Assembly (NCBI RefSeq): GCF_963921235.1
Contig: NC_086097.1
Coordinates: 219,110,001-219,174,000, forward strand
DNA: 64,000 nt
Direction: 5' to 3'
Source of the DNA: Mobula hypostoma
Taxonomy: Eukaryota
Under the pieces are notes generated by a model. That model was given only the letters and a program-made list of their open reading frames with translations, ran no database searches and was not told the origin of the DNA. Positions 38,954-50,299 of the stretch are shown here, one piece after another; position 1 is the stretch's first letter, and each line of letters starts with the position of its first letter. The position numbers and the translations under genes are program-made.

Positions 38954-40444
38954 GTAAGTAGATTTAATTACAGACAGCTTGTCTGTTGCAATTGATGATC
39001 TGTTGTGATAAACCTTTTTAGAAAATCTATTCCCAGTCTAAAGCTTTGTTTGAATATTTGGTTCAATTTTATTGCAGTATTATGCAAGCTGAAAGAGGAC
39101 AAAACGATAAAATCAGTAATATCTGCAGACTACTTTTTGAAAATGTCTTACTTACAGGAAACTGATAAGGAAGTTCCCAAACCTTTTGAAGACTGATTAT
39201 CTTTTGTCATATTTTTCACTGACTAAGTGTTTTTTAAAAGTTTAGATATATAGTTAATGGAAATGTGTAGCAATTTTCACCAACATATTTTGTACCATTC
39301 ATAATTAAATTTCTTGCATTATTTTGTGTTAGCATAACTTGTGTAACTTCTGTTTTGTTTAAAAAATAAACAGTAGAGTATTGTGTTGCATCTAGAAAAC
39401 AGGTTTCATATTCTCAGAGCATTCTGAAACAGTTGATAGTCAATATTTTTAAGACCAGTTACTTCCCCTACTCATAATGTTAACAAACATAGAAATCAAT
39501 TTGTAAATGGCAGCCTAATACAAATAATTTATATAATTGATAACATAATCTATTTTAATATAGCAGGGACAAATTTTGATCAGCAAAACAAGTTTCTAAA
39601 GGACCTCTATATAAGGGCATGATTTTTTTTAATGAAATTGTCGTCCAATCTGTGTTTCATTTGAGTTCAATCACTTGGAGTGTTATATTATCAAGTTACA
39701 CTTACTTTCTGCACTTCTGAGCATTTTACCTTCAAAAGGCTTCTGGCACATTTAAAAGAGATCCAAGAAAGCAATAAAAATGGTTTCAAGATGTTGCTTT
39801 ACAAGTTGTGTGGAGAGAGAGAGGGAGATGCAGAATTAAGTTTGTTTTCACCAAAGAAGTTTGAGAGAGGGGCATGGTGCAATGAGGAGCCTAAATGATT
39901 GGATGAATATAGGCTATTCAAAAATAGTCATAGCTTTTATAGAGTCATGGAAAGATACAAGGCATTTGATCAATTATAAACTCTTGCTAGTTGAAAGAGC
40001 TATTCGATCAGTATTGCTTTTCTGCACTTCCTGCTATAGCTCTGTATTTGTTTACACATTAGTTAATTATCCATGTGCCATCTTAATTAGCATTGAGTCA
40101 GGCCAAATTGAAGATCATGACAAGTTTCTACATGCACGTTTATGCCACCTCTGGTCCTTTTGCCTATTACTTCAAACCCGCACCCATTGTTTATTAACAT
40201 TTTGCTTCTGGAAACAACAAGGCAGTAATCAGTTTTTGATCTATGATTGTTAGAGCATGTGAGTGTGGTGGTTGTTTGTATTTATGCCTGCACAACAGAT
40301 TCCACATTGGAACCAAGTCATTGAGATAACTACAAAGATAGCTGATGCCCTCACGCTGATTTAATATTAGCCACCAGAAACATGCATTACTTCATTATTT
40401 TATGTGTGCAGTCAGAAAGTTGATTTTGAGGGATAAATATTATG

Positions 40445-41097
40445 CATAACCTCTTCACGGGCTTACAGCTGGGTACAGTGTAAATTTTAATCGACATTTT
40501 GATGACGAAGTTCACCATCTTCATCAGGGATGATACCTAGGCACATCTAGTCTAGCAGTAGGTATACTCAATTCCCGCCGTCCGTGCCTTCTGATTGGTT
40601 AGACCTCAACCAATCAGGTTTCTGCTGTGCCATCTTGTTTAAAATCATATTCAGCTCGTACTAAGAACAAGACCTTTGCCTTTGTTGAAATTCTTACTTG
40701 CTAGTCTTCATTTCAATGGCTACCTTCAACATGCACTCCCAAAAGCCATTGGCATGGCACAGTAGTTTTGTGCTGTCGAAGTCAATCCAGTGGTCATTGC
40801 ACTGCTGATTTCTCTGGTTAACCTAAACGGATACACCTCCTGTGCTCCTTGATGCGCCTTTCCACCATGCGTCCCGTCTGGCCGATGTATGCTGCTCTGC
40901 ATTCAATTGGAATCCTGTAAACACCGGCTGAGCTGAGTCCCAGGTCAACTTTGACCTGCACAAGCTGTGCTTTGAGCTTCCTTACGGGTTTGTGGATGGT
41001 ATTAATCCTGTATTTCTTCAGGATCCTGATAATCCTTCCTGAAACTGTGGAAGTATAGGGAAGAGAGGCAGTAGCTACTGGTTCTTCCTCATTAGTA
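40445..41097 (-). mobile_element. Penelope-like retroelement fragment with GIY-YIG endonuclease
   Basis: ORF 40818-41144(-) LPYTS...AGVYRIP...AYIGQTGR...RIKEH. Degenerate hammerhead motif downstream at about 40489-40533. Confidence 0.88.
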
Positions 41098-41099
41098 TA

Positions 41100-41855
41100 C
41101 AAGGGGTGATTGATAAGTTCGTGGCCTAAGGTAGAAGGAGTCAATTTTAGAAAACCTAGGACATTTATTTTTCAATGTAGTCCCCTCCTACATTTACAGA
41201 CTTAGTCCAGCGGTCGTGGAGCATATGGATCTTGGACCTCCAGAAGGTGCCCACAGCAGGGGTGATTAATAAATTTGTGGCCTAAGGTAGAAGGAGTCAA
41301 TTTTAGAAAACCTAGGACATTTAGTTTTCAATGTAGTCCCCTCCCACATTTACAGACTTAGTCCAGCGGTCGTGGAGCATATGGATCTTGGACCTCCAGA
41401 AGGTGCCCACAGCAGGGGTGATTAATAAGTTTGTGGCCTAAGGTAGAAGGAGATGTGTTATACAGTTCTAGTTACATGCACATGCAGTTCAACTCTTTGA
41501 GTCATTATGCAGAAAGTTTGAGGTTAATAACTCATCAGGGGTGGTTGATAAGTTTGTGGCCTAAGGTAGACAGAGATGAGTTATTAACCTCAAACTTTCT
41601 GCATAATCACTCAAAGAGTTGAACTGCATATGCATGTAACGAGAGCTGTATAACTCATCTCCTTCTGCCTTAGGCCACAAACTTATCAATCACCCCTGCT
41701 GTGGACACTTTCTGGAGGTCCAAGATCCATATGCTCCACGACAGCTGGACTAAGTGTGTAAATGTAGGAGGGGACTACGTTGAAAAATAAATGTGCTAGG
41801 TTTTCTAAAATTGACTCCTTCTATCTTAGGCCACGAACTTATCAATCACTCCTCA
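41100..41855. mobile_element. Fold-back mariner-derived MITE with internal TIR copies
   Basis: TA-flanked TIRs (caaggggtgattgataagttcgtggcctaaggtagaagg). Carries the mariner C-terminus (LHDxWTKCVNVGGDYVEK*) in both orientations. 155-bp tandem duplication in the left arm. Confidence 0.88.
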
Positions 41856-43249
41856 TATTATATTTCCAAGGGGGATAACTCACCTACTCTCCTTTTAAAT
41901 ATTGTCATGGGAATTTCTGTGTTGACCTGAGCAGATAGGCAGTGCAGTACTAACTCATGTCAACTGAATCTTGAGCAGATTTTCACAAACTTCTGATTTG
42001 GGGGTAATATTGGTGATAGCCAAATCACACTTAACATTGTTATCTCTTCCTTTGCACTCTCGTTTTTTTTTTGATTTTTTTTAACTTCAACTCTGTCTTC
42101 TTGTCTTCAGTTTTGTTTTCTGCTGAACCAGGAACCTTAATTTTATCTTAGCCCATTTTTTTTCTCTGTTTCATTTGAGCTTTCAAATTTTCCATCATCC
42201 CTGAACTTCATCCTTTCCCCCTCTCTGAAATATGTTTGCTCTGCACCGGAACTGTTTCCTCTTCAGAGGCCATCCATTGTTTATTTACAGTTTTACCTGT
42301 AAATGTTTGATACCATCTGTGAGAGATCTCTTTATAACTCTCTGAAATTAGCTGTCATCCAATATAAAAATGACAAATGATAGTACAGACAAAAATGATC
42401 AATATGCTAGTTTCTGTGGCGCTTCGAGCATGAATGTGTCATCTGTGAAAATTAACAAACTAGAGATAAATAAATGAGATTTAAGAGAAGGTAAATATTC
42501 TGGAATTTCGCTCTAAGCTATCAAAAATTCAGTTCACTAAATTGCCCCTCAGGCAATTGTGTTTACCAGCTGGAATCTATGTGAAGAATTCATCATGAAT
42601 AACTATTGTTTTGAAATTAATAAATAGTCCCTCAAGTTTTAACTTTTGAAAGTGAGGTTCACTGCATTGTAAAGTTAACCGCTGTAGTTGATGATATCCC
42701 TAAGGTAGTGATGACAGTTGGTCAGAGAGGATCTTCCCATTCTGAATACAGCCCACTGGCTATTAACCAGATTCCTATTGCACAATTGATCCTCTTGCCG
42801 TTAATATTTCATCTCTAAGTGAAGATTGTTAACTGGTGAGCAGTATGCTAAACAGGGAATTCCCAAAGCTAAATCATTCTCAACTAAAAATGCACCAGGT
42901 TCATTTTCAAGATAACTTGTGTGAAAACAAAATACATGATCTGAGTATCCATGGCAGGATGCAGGTAGACTTTATTAGTGTTTGCAAAAAAAATGTTTAT
43001 AAAATCCACTGACCAATTGGCTAATGGAAAGCTGTTTGTTAGTTATTAATGCATAAATCCCTGGTACAGCAACTTTAAAATTGTAATTTGGATAAAACAG
43101 AGTAGCAGTACTGGATGAATTAATGACTACCACCCTGTGTCTTGTTCCTATATTTTATTTGTACATTGTTTTCTTTTCCTCGGTATTTTTCTTTCAGATG
43201 CTCATTTTGTAGTGGATCTCAGAAGGTACCATGGAATTCTGTTGCTAAT

Positions 43250-43490
43250 TCAGACAGGAAACAGAAAATGCTGGATGAAGTCAGCATTCAAACAGTGTGT
43301 GTAGTGAGAGAAACCAGTTAACCTTTCAGTGCAGGGTCTCCTCTCGGTTCCTGAATCCTACTCAGTTCTGGAGAAGATTCCCTGATGTGTAAGTTTGATT
43401 GGTTTCTCTTTAACACAGATGCTGCTTGAGAGGCTGAGTTCCTCCATCATTTTAGTTTTTTGTTTCAAATTCCAACATCTGCAGTTTTGT
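43250..43490. repeat. Decayed Penelope-type palindromic repeat
   Basis: acagaaaatgctgga... and ...gatgctgc...gagttcctccatcatttt...ccaacatctgcag arms. Confidence 0.55.
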
Positions 43491-44119
43491 TTATTTTTTT
43501 AAATTGAGGTATCAAAGGTTAACAGAGAAGGTTGATGCATAAAGTAAACTTACCTATCATTTTGGGGGTGGTTTAGGACAAGAATTTTATTTTGGACATT
43601 AGTTTTAGTTGAAGAGCTGTTGCCAAATATAATGGATGAAAATCAAATTTATTTTTGGGACGTTTGTGATAATGGTAGGAATGTCTCTTTATTACTCATT
43701 CCTAACTTCCCTTGAGAAGGTGACAGCAAATTAACTTCTTGTCCTGTGCAAAGAATCGATGGATTTATTGTTTAACATTGCAGGAGGAATGCTAGACAAG
43801 TAGACTGTTCATTCAGTCACTGTGAGTCACTCAATGCACAGCCTTTGACCTGCCCTTGTCTGTAATTAAAATTGCTCGAAGAGCTCCAAATAAAGCTGAA
43901 CACTCTACAATTATCAGCCAACAGTTTTTTGCTAATGCAGTGACTTCACTTGGCATGCTGACCATTAAATGCTGAGGTGGGGGGAGAGGAAGAACAGTGA
44001 TGGGTGGTGGATGGAGTGAATGATGTGAAATCCCGGGTGCTAACAGACTGTATTATAAATACAAATACATCTTGTGTACAGTTTTGGAGTTATTTCACAC
44101 CTTATTCATAAGCACAGTG

Positions 44120-44360
44120 ACGCTACAGGTAAAGCATCAATGAGATAGTTTCTGTTTTGAACTCAAGTGCAGGCTGTGTAGAATTTGCACAACCTCCATG
44201 TGACCACATTGTTTTCCCCAGTGCGCTCCTGTTTCCATCCACAATCCAATAACTGCTGGTTGTTAGATTAATTGGATGGATAACTTGCCCCCCCACCAGT
44301 ATTATTATGTGGTAGGAGAATCTAAAGCGTGTCAATGTGCATGTGCGAGAGAATGCGTTG
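44120..44360 (-). mobile_element. HE1-like V-SINE, decayed
   Basis: tttgcacaacctccatgtgaccacattgttttccccagtgcgctcctgtttcc is a V-domain-like sequence. It reads on + here, so the orientation call is uncertain. Confidence 0.45.
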
Positions 44361-44852
44361 CAGGTAAGTAAGTGGAGGAGTTGGAGAGATGGAATTGCTT
44401 TGACAGTTGGCTCATATTTGATATGATAAATGGTCTATATTGGAATTAAGTGAAAATATGAAATAGCAAACGTAATAAAATATGTGTGCACTCAGGCTAT
44501 AAGATTACCTCAGTAGTTGTTACTGTCTTTAATCCAGACTCCCTGAGTATGCAATTCAATCTATTTTTCCAAATTGGAGTTATATTTTTGGATTGCCAAG
44601 CTCAGTGCTCCACCGTTTTATTGGATGGGAACCAACAATCACCAACTTCAAGGACACCTATGAACCTAATACATTGAGACCTGGCCCATGCTGAGATATG
44701 CAATACATCTGTTATCTTGAACTCTACAAGGGATATAAAATCACAATACAAGAAATTAATGCAATTATGGAAGTTGGCGAAACAAAGACAAAACATTTGT
44801 TGGGGCACAGCAAGAAATGGAGAAATTCCCCTGGAATCTATGGGTCAATGGG

Positions 44853-45118
44853 GTCGACTGTACCTCTTCCTAGAAACTGTCCAGCTCTTGGCTCCATCCC
44901 TCCCCCTCCTGTCTTCTCCTATAAGTTTGGATCTCCCCCTCCCCCTTCCACTTTCAAATCTCTTACTAACTCTTCCTTCAGTTAGTCGTGACGAAGGGTC
45001 TCGGCCCAAAACGTCGACTGCACCTCTTCCTACAGATGCTGCCTGACCTGCTGCGTTCACCAGCAACTTTGATGTGAGTTGCTTGAATTTCCAGCATCTG
45101 CAGAATTCCTCGTGTTTG
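44853..45118 (+). mobile_element. Penelope terminal-repeat fragment
   Basis: Reverse-complement homologue of 32664-32900. The hammerhead core is mutated (GUGACGA...AAAA). Confidence 0.82.
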
Positions 45119-46109
45119 AATTATTCCAGGCTTATTTTTTCTTTATTTGTATGGTCTGGCTTTCTGGGCACGTGTGCCATTAGAAATAAAGAAACAAATT
45201 CTGTTCTTGATTAATCTTTAACTGCTACATTAGGGTTCTGTTCCTGAAATGTTAGCTGTTTCTTTTTCCACACTAGCTGCCTGACCTGCTGGTGTTTTCA
45301 TTTTTATTGAGTGATTTTCAGTTGAAGTTGAATGGTACATAAGAAAAATAGGTTTCAAGGAAATAAGACATGACTCTATTAAAACCATAAAGACTAAACA
45401 GAACACATAAACAGAAAATACTAGAATACTCAATAGATTAGGCAGTATCTGTGAAGCGAACACTGAACTGATGTTTCAGAATGAATTAACTAATCTTTCA
45501 TCGAAAAGGCCAAAGTGAGCTGATGAATTTCATTATTTTGATGGTACACATTGAAGCCACAATGTGCTGATGGTAGATGCTGTTTAAGGCAGAGAATGAA
45601 GTGCCAAATAAGCAGATGTTGAGTTGCTTCAGTGACTTTTCAACTGCTTTCAACAAGACAAGTGGAAACTATACCAGAATACTTCTGAATTGCATCTTCT
45701 GGAGTTGACTGAGATCTTGTTCTTCAGACATATGCTGAGAGGAATTCAGAAATGATAGTTTTGGAAGTCACTGTTTGGAGGGATAGTCCAAGACTGGTGA
45801 CGCAATTCAGATAAAAATTGAACAAATGAGTTATCAAAGATACTGACTGCGTTCTTCAAGTTGGCATATCTTGCCAACAGGCATTAGCTTCATCTTGGGT
45901 TCCATTCATTTTAACAATATTACTCTCAACAATCTTATCAATCAGAACACAGCCTTTCAAACCCTAACCTCGCTGTCTTATAGTTAGAAGTGTTGCCAAC
46001 CTCACACGTAACCCAGCTCAGACAGAATGAGAACTATCCAATCATGCAATAACATCATCTAAACCTATCATAGATATTCTCTAACATCATCTTTGTTGCA
46101 GGGGATGGT

Positions 46110-46570
46110 GGCATGTAGAGAGGGCGCATCAAAGATTTATCTGGATGTTACCTGAAATGTAGTTCTAAGGAGGGATTGAGTAGTCTGGGTTTATTCTCAG
46201 TAGAACAAAAGAGCTGAGAGGTGATTTATAAAATTGTCGGGGACCTAGATAAAACAGATAGTGAGAATATTTTTTTCCAGGGTGAGGGAATCTCGAATTA
46301 GAGGGCATGGTTTAAGGTGAGAAGGAAGAAATTTGTGGACATCTGAGGTTTAGGCTTTTCATACAGAGGGTCGCGAATATCTGGAATGAGCTGCCAGAGA
46401 AGGTGATGGAGGCAGATACATTTATAATCTTTAAAAGGCATTTGGTCAGATACTTTGATAGGAAAGGCATAGCGGGATATGGGCCCTAATGTGGGCAAAT
46501 GAGACGAGATCATTGTCATAGTCAGCATGGATCAGATGGCCCAAAGGGGTCATTTCTGTGATGTACGTTC
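46110..46570 (+). mobile_element. CR1 3' end, decayed
   Basis: ctgagaggtgattta, agagggcatggtttaaggtgaga and tggaatgagctgccagag motifs. Confidence 0.75.
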
Positions 46571-46699
46571 CTACAGTTCAATAAGAGTAGGAGGTGGTGG
46601 AAAGACCAGAGGAAGAAGAGCATGTTGGTTGATTTTCATTAGATGGAGCAAATCCTCATGGGACAGGGCACTGTGGTTATTGCAGGATGGCTAGAGTCA

Positions 46700-47335
46700 A
46701 AGTTCAAAGTAAATTAATTACCAAAGTACATATATGTCACCATATACAACCGTGAGACTCATTTTCTTGTGGGCATATACAGTAAATCTATAATAGAATA
46801 ATAACCGTAATAGAATCAATGAAAGACCGCACCAACTTGGGTGTTCAACTGGTGTACAAAAGACAACAGAATGTGCAAATACAAAAAGAAAGAAATAATA
46901 ATAAATAAATAAGCAATAAACATAAAGAAGATGAGATGAAGAGTCCTTGAACGTGAGTCCATATGTTGTGGGAACATTTCAATGATGGGACAAGTTAAGT
47001 TGAATGGAGTTTCCCATTTGGTTCGAGAACATGGTGGTTGAGGTGTACTAACTGTTCCTGAACCTGGTGAGGTGAGTCCTGAGGTTCCTGTACCACCTTC
47101 CTGAGAGCAGCAGTCATAGAGGGCATAGCCTGGGTGATGGGGGTCCTTTTTTGTAGGATTTTCCTTTCAAGGGCATTGGCGTATCGGTACCAGACTGTGT
47201 TGCAGCCAGTCTATTCTCCACTACTCCATAGAAGTTTGTCAAAGTTTCAGACTCTTAAGGAAGTAGAGGTATTGTCATGCTTTTCTTCATAATTGCGTTT
47301 ACATGCTGGACCCAGGACAGGTCCTCGGAAATGAT
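46700..47335 (-). mobile_element. Rex1/Babar 3' fragment
   Basis: 3' UTR colinear with 12395-12800. Tail tcaaagttcaaagt on +. Confidence 0.78.
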
Positions 47336-47682
47336 GGAAATAGTAGAAAATTATGATAATACAATCATACTAATCACAGGACAGGGATACATGCAGAGTG
47401 GTGCCATCATTACTGAGAATACCACTGTTCAAAGTTACTTCCAGGTGATCATAGCAGTCCATCAATCTGATCTTCAGTGTTCTAATGAGACTTCAGCCTT
47501 ACAGAGGAACAATACTCCCATGCATCTGTTTCACTCTGTTGCTTCAGCCGAGTTGGCTTGGGTTGAATCTAGGGCCAGAGTTACACAAGGTCCTTCTCCT
47601 TGGCCACCTGCAGTTTCCTCAATGGAAAGTCAGCCGCCAGAGGAAAAGAGGGTAAAGGTAACCAGATTGCATTGGAGGGAGT

Positions 47683-47869
47683 GGAGTGTATTCCAGTTAA
47701 TTGGGACACATCGGGACTAGTACATTCTGGTCCAATTAAACCGCTGCTTCAGTTTGCTGAAGTTGCATGGAAGTAATTAAAAAGATATAAAAAAGACAAA
47801 CTATCATTTAACTGAGTAACAAGTTATGTATTTAAATGAAATACAGAACTAATTAATCAGAATCTACTG
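47683..47869. mobile_element. Short Tigger-derived MITE
   Basis: agtgtattccagttaattgggacac left TIR and aattaatcagaatctactg|TA right end. Confidence 0.7.
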
Positions 47870-49459
47870 TATTTAAATATCTAAAATTGAAATAAAATGT
47901 GAATTTTCATCTGTTCATCCTATTTATCTGAAGTGTGGAAAGAGGAGGATGGATAATCAGTGGAAGGGGAAGTGAGGATAAAATTTTCCATAATTTTTTG
48001 AATTCTTTAGAATTATTATGTGCTCTCTACATTATAACCCCTTCCCCTAGTTTTCACTTCCACTGCATTTTCATCCTCCCCTCATACCAGTCATGAGTAG
48101 ATAAGCATTGTTATATAGTATTCAGCCTTTGACTTGCCCAGATAGTTCAAATACAAGTGGAACAGAGGACCAAGGAGTGATAACAACCAGCAGAATGAAG
48201 GAGAGAAGCAAAAATTGTGTTCACTAGTGACCATTGCACATAAAAACTGCTTCCCAGGATAGATCACACTAGCAATCACTTTAAGGAGAAATTACACTCA
48301 TCACTCAATTCATCTGCACAACTCAAATTAGCATGGCTAATCTTTCAGAGAATCAGGTGACATCACAAGTTGCAAACCACACATCATTTCCATTACCAAA
48401 ATAAATTGGAGTTTCTTGCTGTAACTGGTGATTTTGTTGAACATTCAGAGAAAAATCTGATTGTCCCATTACCACTCACCACATTTTTATGCAAGGCACA
48501 TCCCAGCTGCTTGCAGTGATCCCTGCCTCTGTAATTGTCCCACATGTTCTGGTGATATTGAGCTACTCATGGCATTGGGACATTGCATGCACTGTATAAA
48601 CACAGAGGAATTGTCATGTCCTCCCTCCCTCATATTTTGCCTTACCTCTGTAACAGTGCTCTGGAGACCTGTTCTGTGGCATCCAGGGGAAAAGTTCCTT
48701 CAAGCTCAGATCTCAATGTAGCTGTATCAGTTGGCCAATTTCAGTTATAATCTCTTTTCCGTGCACCGCTGATCAACCTTGATCCTTTCCAAAAATGAAT
48801 TAAGGAAAATGTCCCTGGAGGCCGTGGACCAACATGCTGTCCTGCTGTTTGGCTTCTCCTTGTGGTTTGCTGGAAGGTTGCTTTCCTTCCCTTCTATGGT
48901 TTCTTTTGACTTGTTCAATCACTAATTCCCAGAGGAAATTCTATCAGGCCACACACAGACCTGGTAACTTTTCTCAGTGCAGGTTTTTAATGTTGCCAAG
49001 AGAACAGAATGTGCTTCCACACCAGTGACCATTCCCTGTCAGATGGTCAGATTTTCGGCAGATCCAAGAAGACTCCAACATTATGGACAATTGCATCGGC
49101 AGTCACAAGAAATAACCCAGCTGCAAACTCATTTGTGGTTCATATTTCCTTTTAAGTACTGTTGGTGGAAGCTGACATTATGGAGACACAAGAGACTGCA
49201 GATGCTGGGATCTGGAGCAACTTTCAATCTGCTGGAGGAACCCAGTGGATTGAGCTGTTGCGTTCCTTCAGGAGGTTGACTTTGTGTTCAGAATTATGAA
49301 ATAAATGCGTCAAGTGGAGTGGTGTGTGAAAAGAGCAGAACCAAGATCAAATTTCATTGATTAACACCTTGATCTTCACAGTCCTTATGTCATTTGCAGT
49401 TATCAGGTATACGTGAATGCTCCCCTAACCATTACAGCAGCCTGAACATTACTGATTGA

Positions 49460-49880
49460 TAGCAACACACAGAAAATGGTGGAGGAACTCAGCAGGTCAG
49501 GCAGCATCTGTGGAAAAGAGTAAACAGTCAAAGTTTTGGGCTGAGACCCTTCTTCAGGACTGAGAAGGAAGGGTGAAGATGCCAGAATAAAAAGGTGGGG
49601 GATTGAAGGGAAAGAGTCTAGCTGGAAGATGATAGGTGAAGCTAGGTAGGTGGGAATGATCAAGGGCTGGAGAAGAAAGAACTAATTGGAGAGGAGAGTG
49701 GACCATGGGAGAAAAGGAAGGAGGAGGGGTCCCAGAGCGAAGTGATAGAAAAAGTAAAAGGTCAGAGTGGGGAATAGAGGAGGTAAGGGTGAATTTGTTT
49801 ACAGGAAAGAGAAATTGATATTCATGCCATCAGGTTGGAGAGGACACAGATGGAATATAAGGTGTTGCTCCACCACCCTG
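49460..49880 (-). mobile_element. Penelope 3' end/terminal repeat, decayed
   Basis: gcaacacacagaaaatggtggaggaactcagcagg...gagacccttcttcaggactg followed by a purine-rich UTR. Confidence 0.75.
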
Positions 49881-50299
49881 ATATTTGTATATATCTGGCA
49901 GCTAAACAATGGATACTACACTGCCTATTTAACCACCTTCCCCCTTAGCTATGAGGGAAACTACTGGAAGAATGGAAAAGCATTGCATTTATCGAATGTA
50001 TTTTGTAACCTTAGAAATTTTCAACAAATCATTGAATGCATTCCATGCAATTTTCTCCGGTCCCAGTAGAAGTTCTTCGAACTACCTGTCCTTGATGACC
50101 TGTTTGATTTGTGGACCAACAAAAATGCCTTCCTTAATTTTGGCATCATTAGTCTGGCTTGAATTATGAATTGAAATAACAAATGTAGGCAATTTTAAAC
50201 AAGGGTGTGTGATAGGGAAATTTTGTAGTGATTTTCACAATCAGCTGCCCAAAATCTATAAGATAAACACAGACAAATTTAGGAATCGAAAGGTTGAGC

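Noticed and set aside
43198..43225. Strong polypyrimidine acceptor with a nearby GT (possible micro-exon)
   Set aside because: In the phase required after exon C it reads ATG CTC ATT TTG TAG (stop) and shows no similarity to C8orf34. It cannot be supported without RNA data.
47277..47720. 147-aa ORF as a possible gene or C8orf34 exon
   Set aside because: It starts in antisense Rex1 and ends in a Tigger TIR. The middle has no recognisable similarity and no convincing phase-0 acceptor in that frame.
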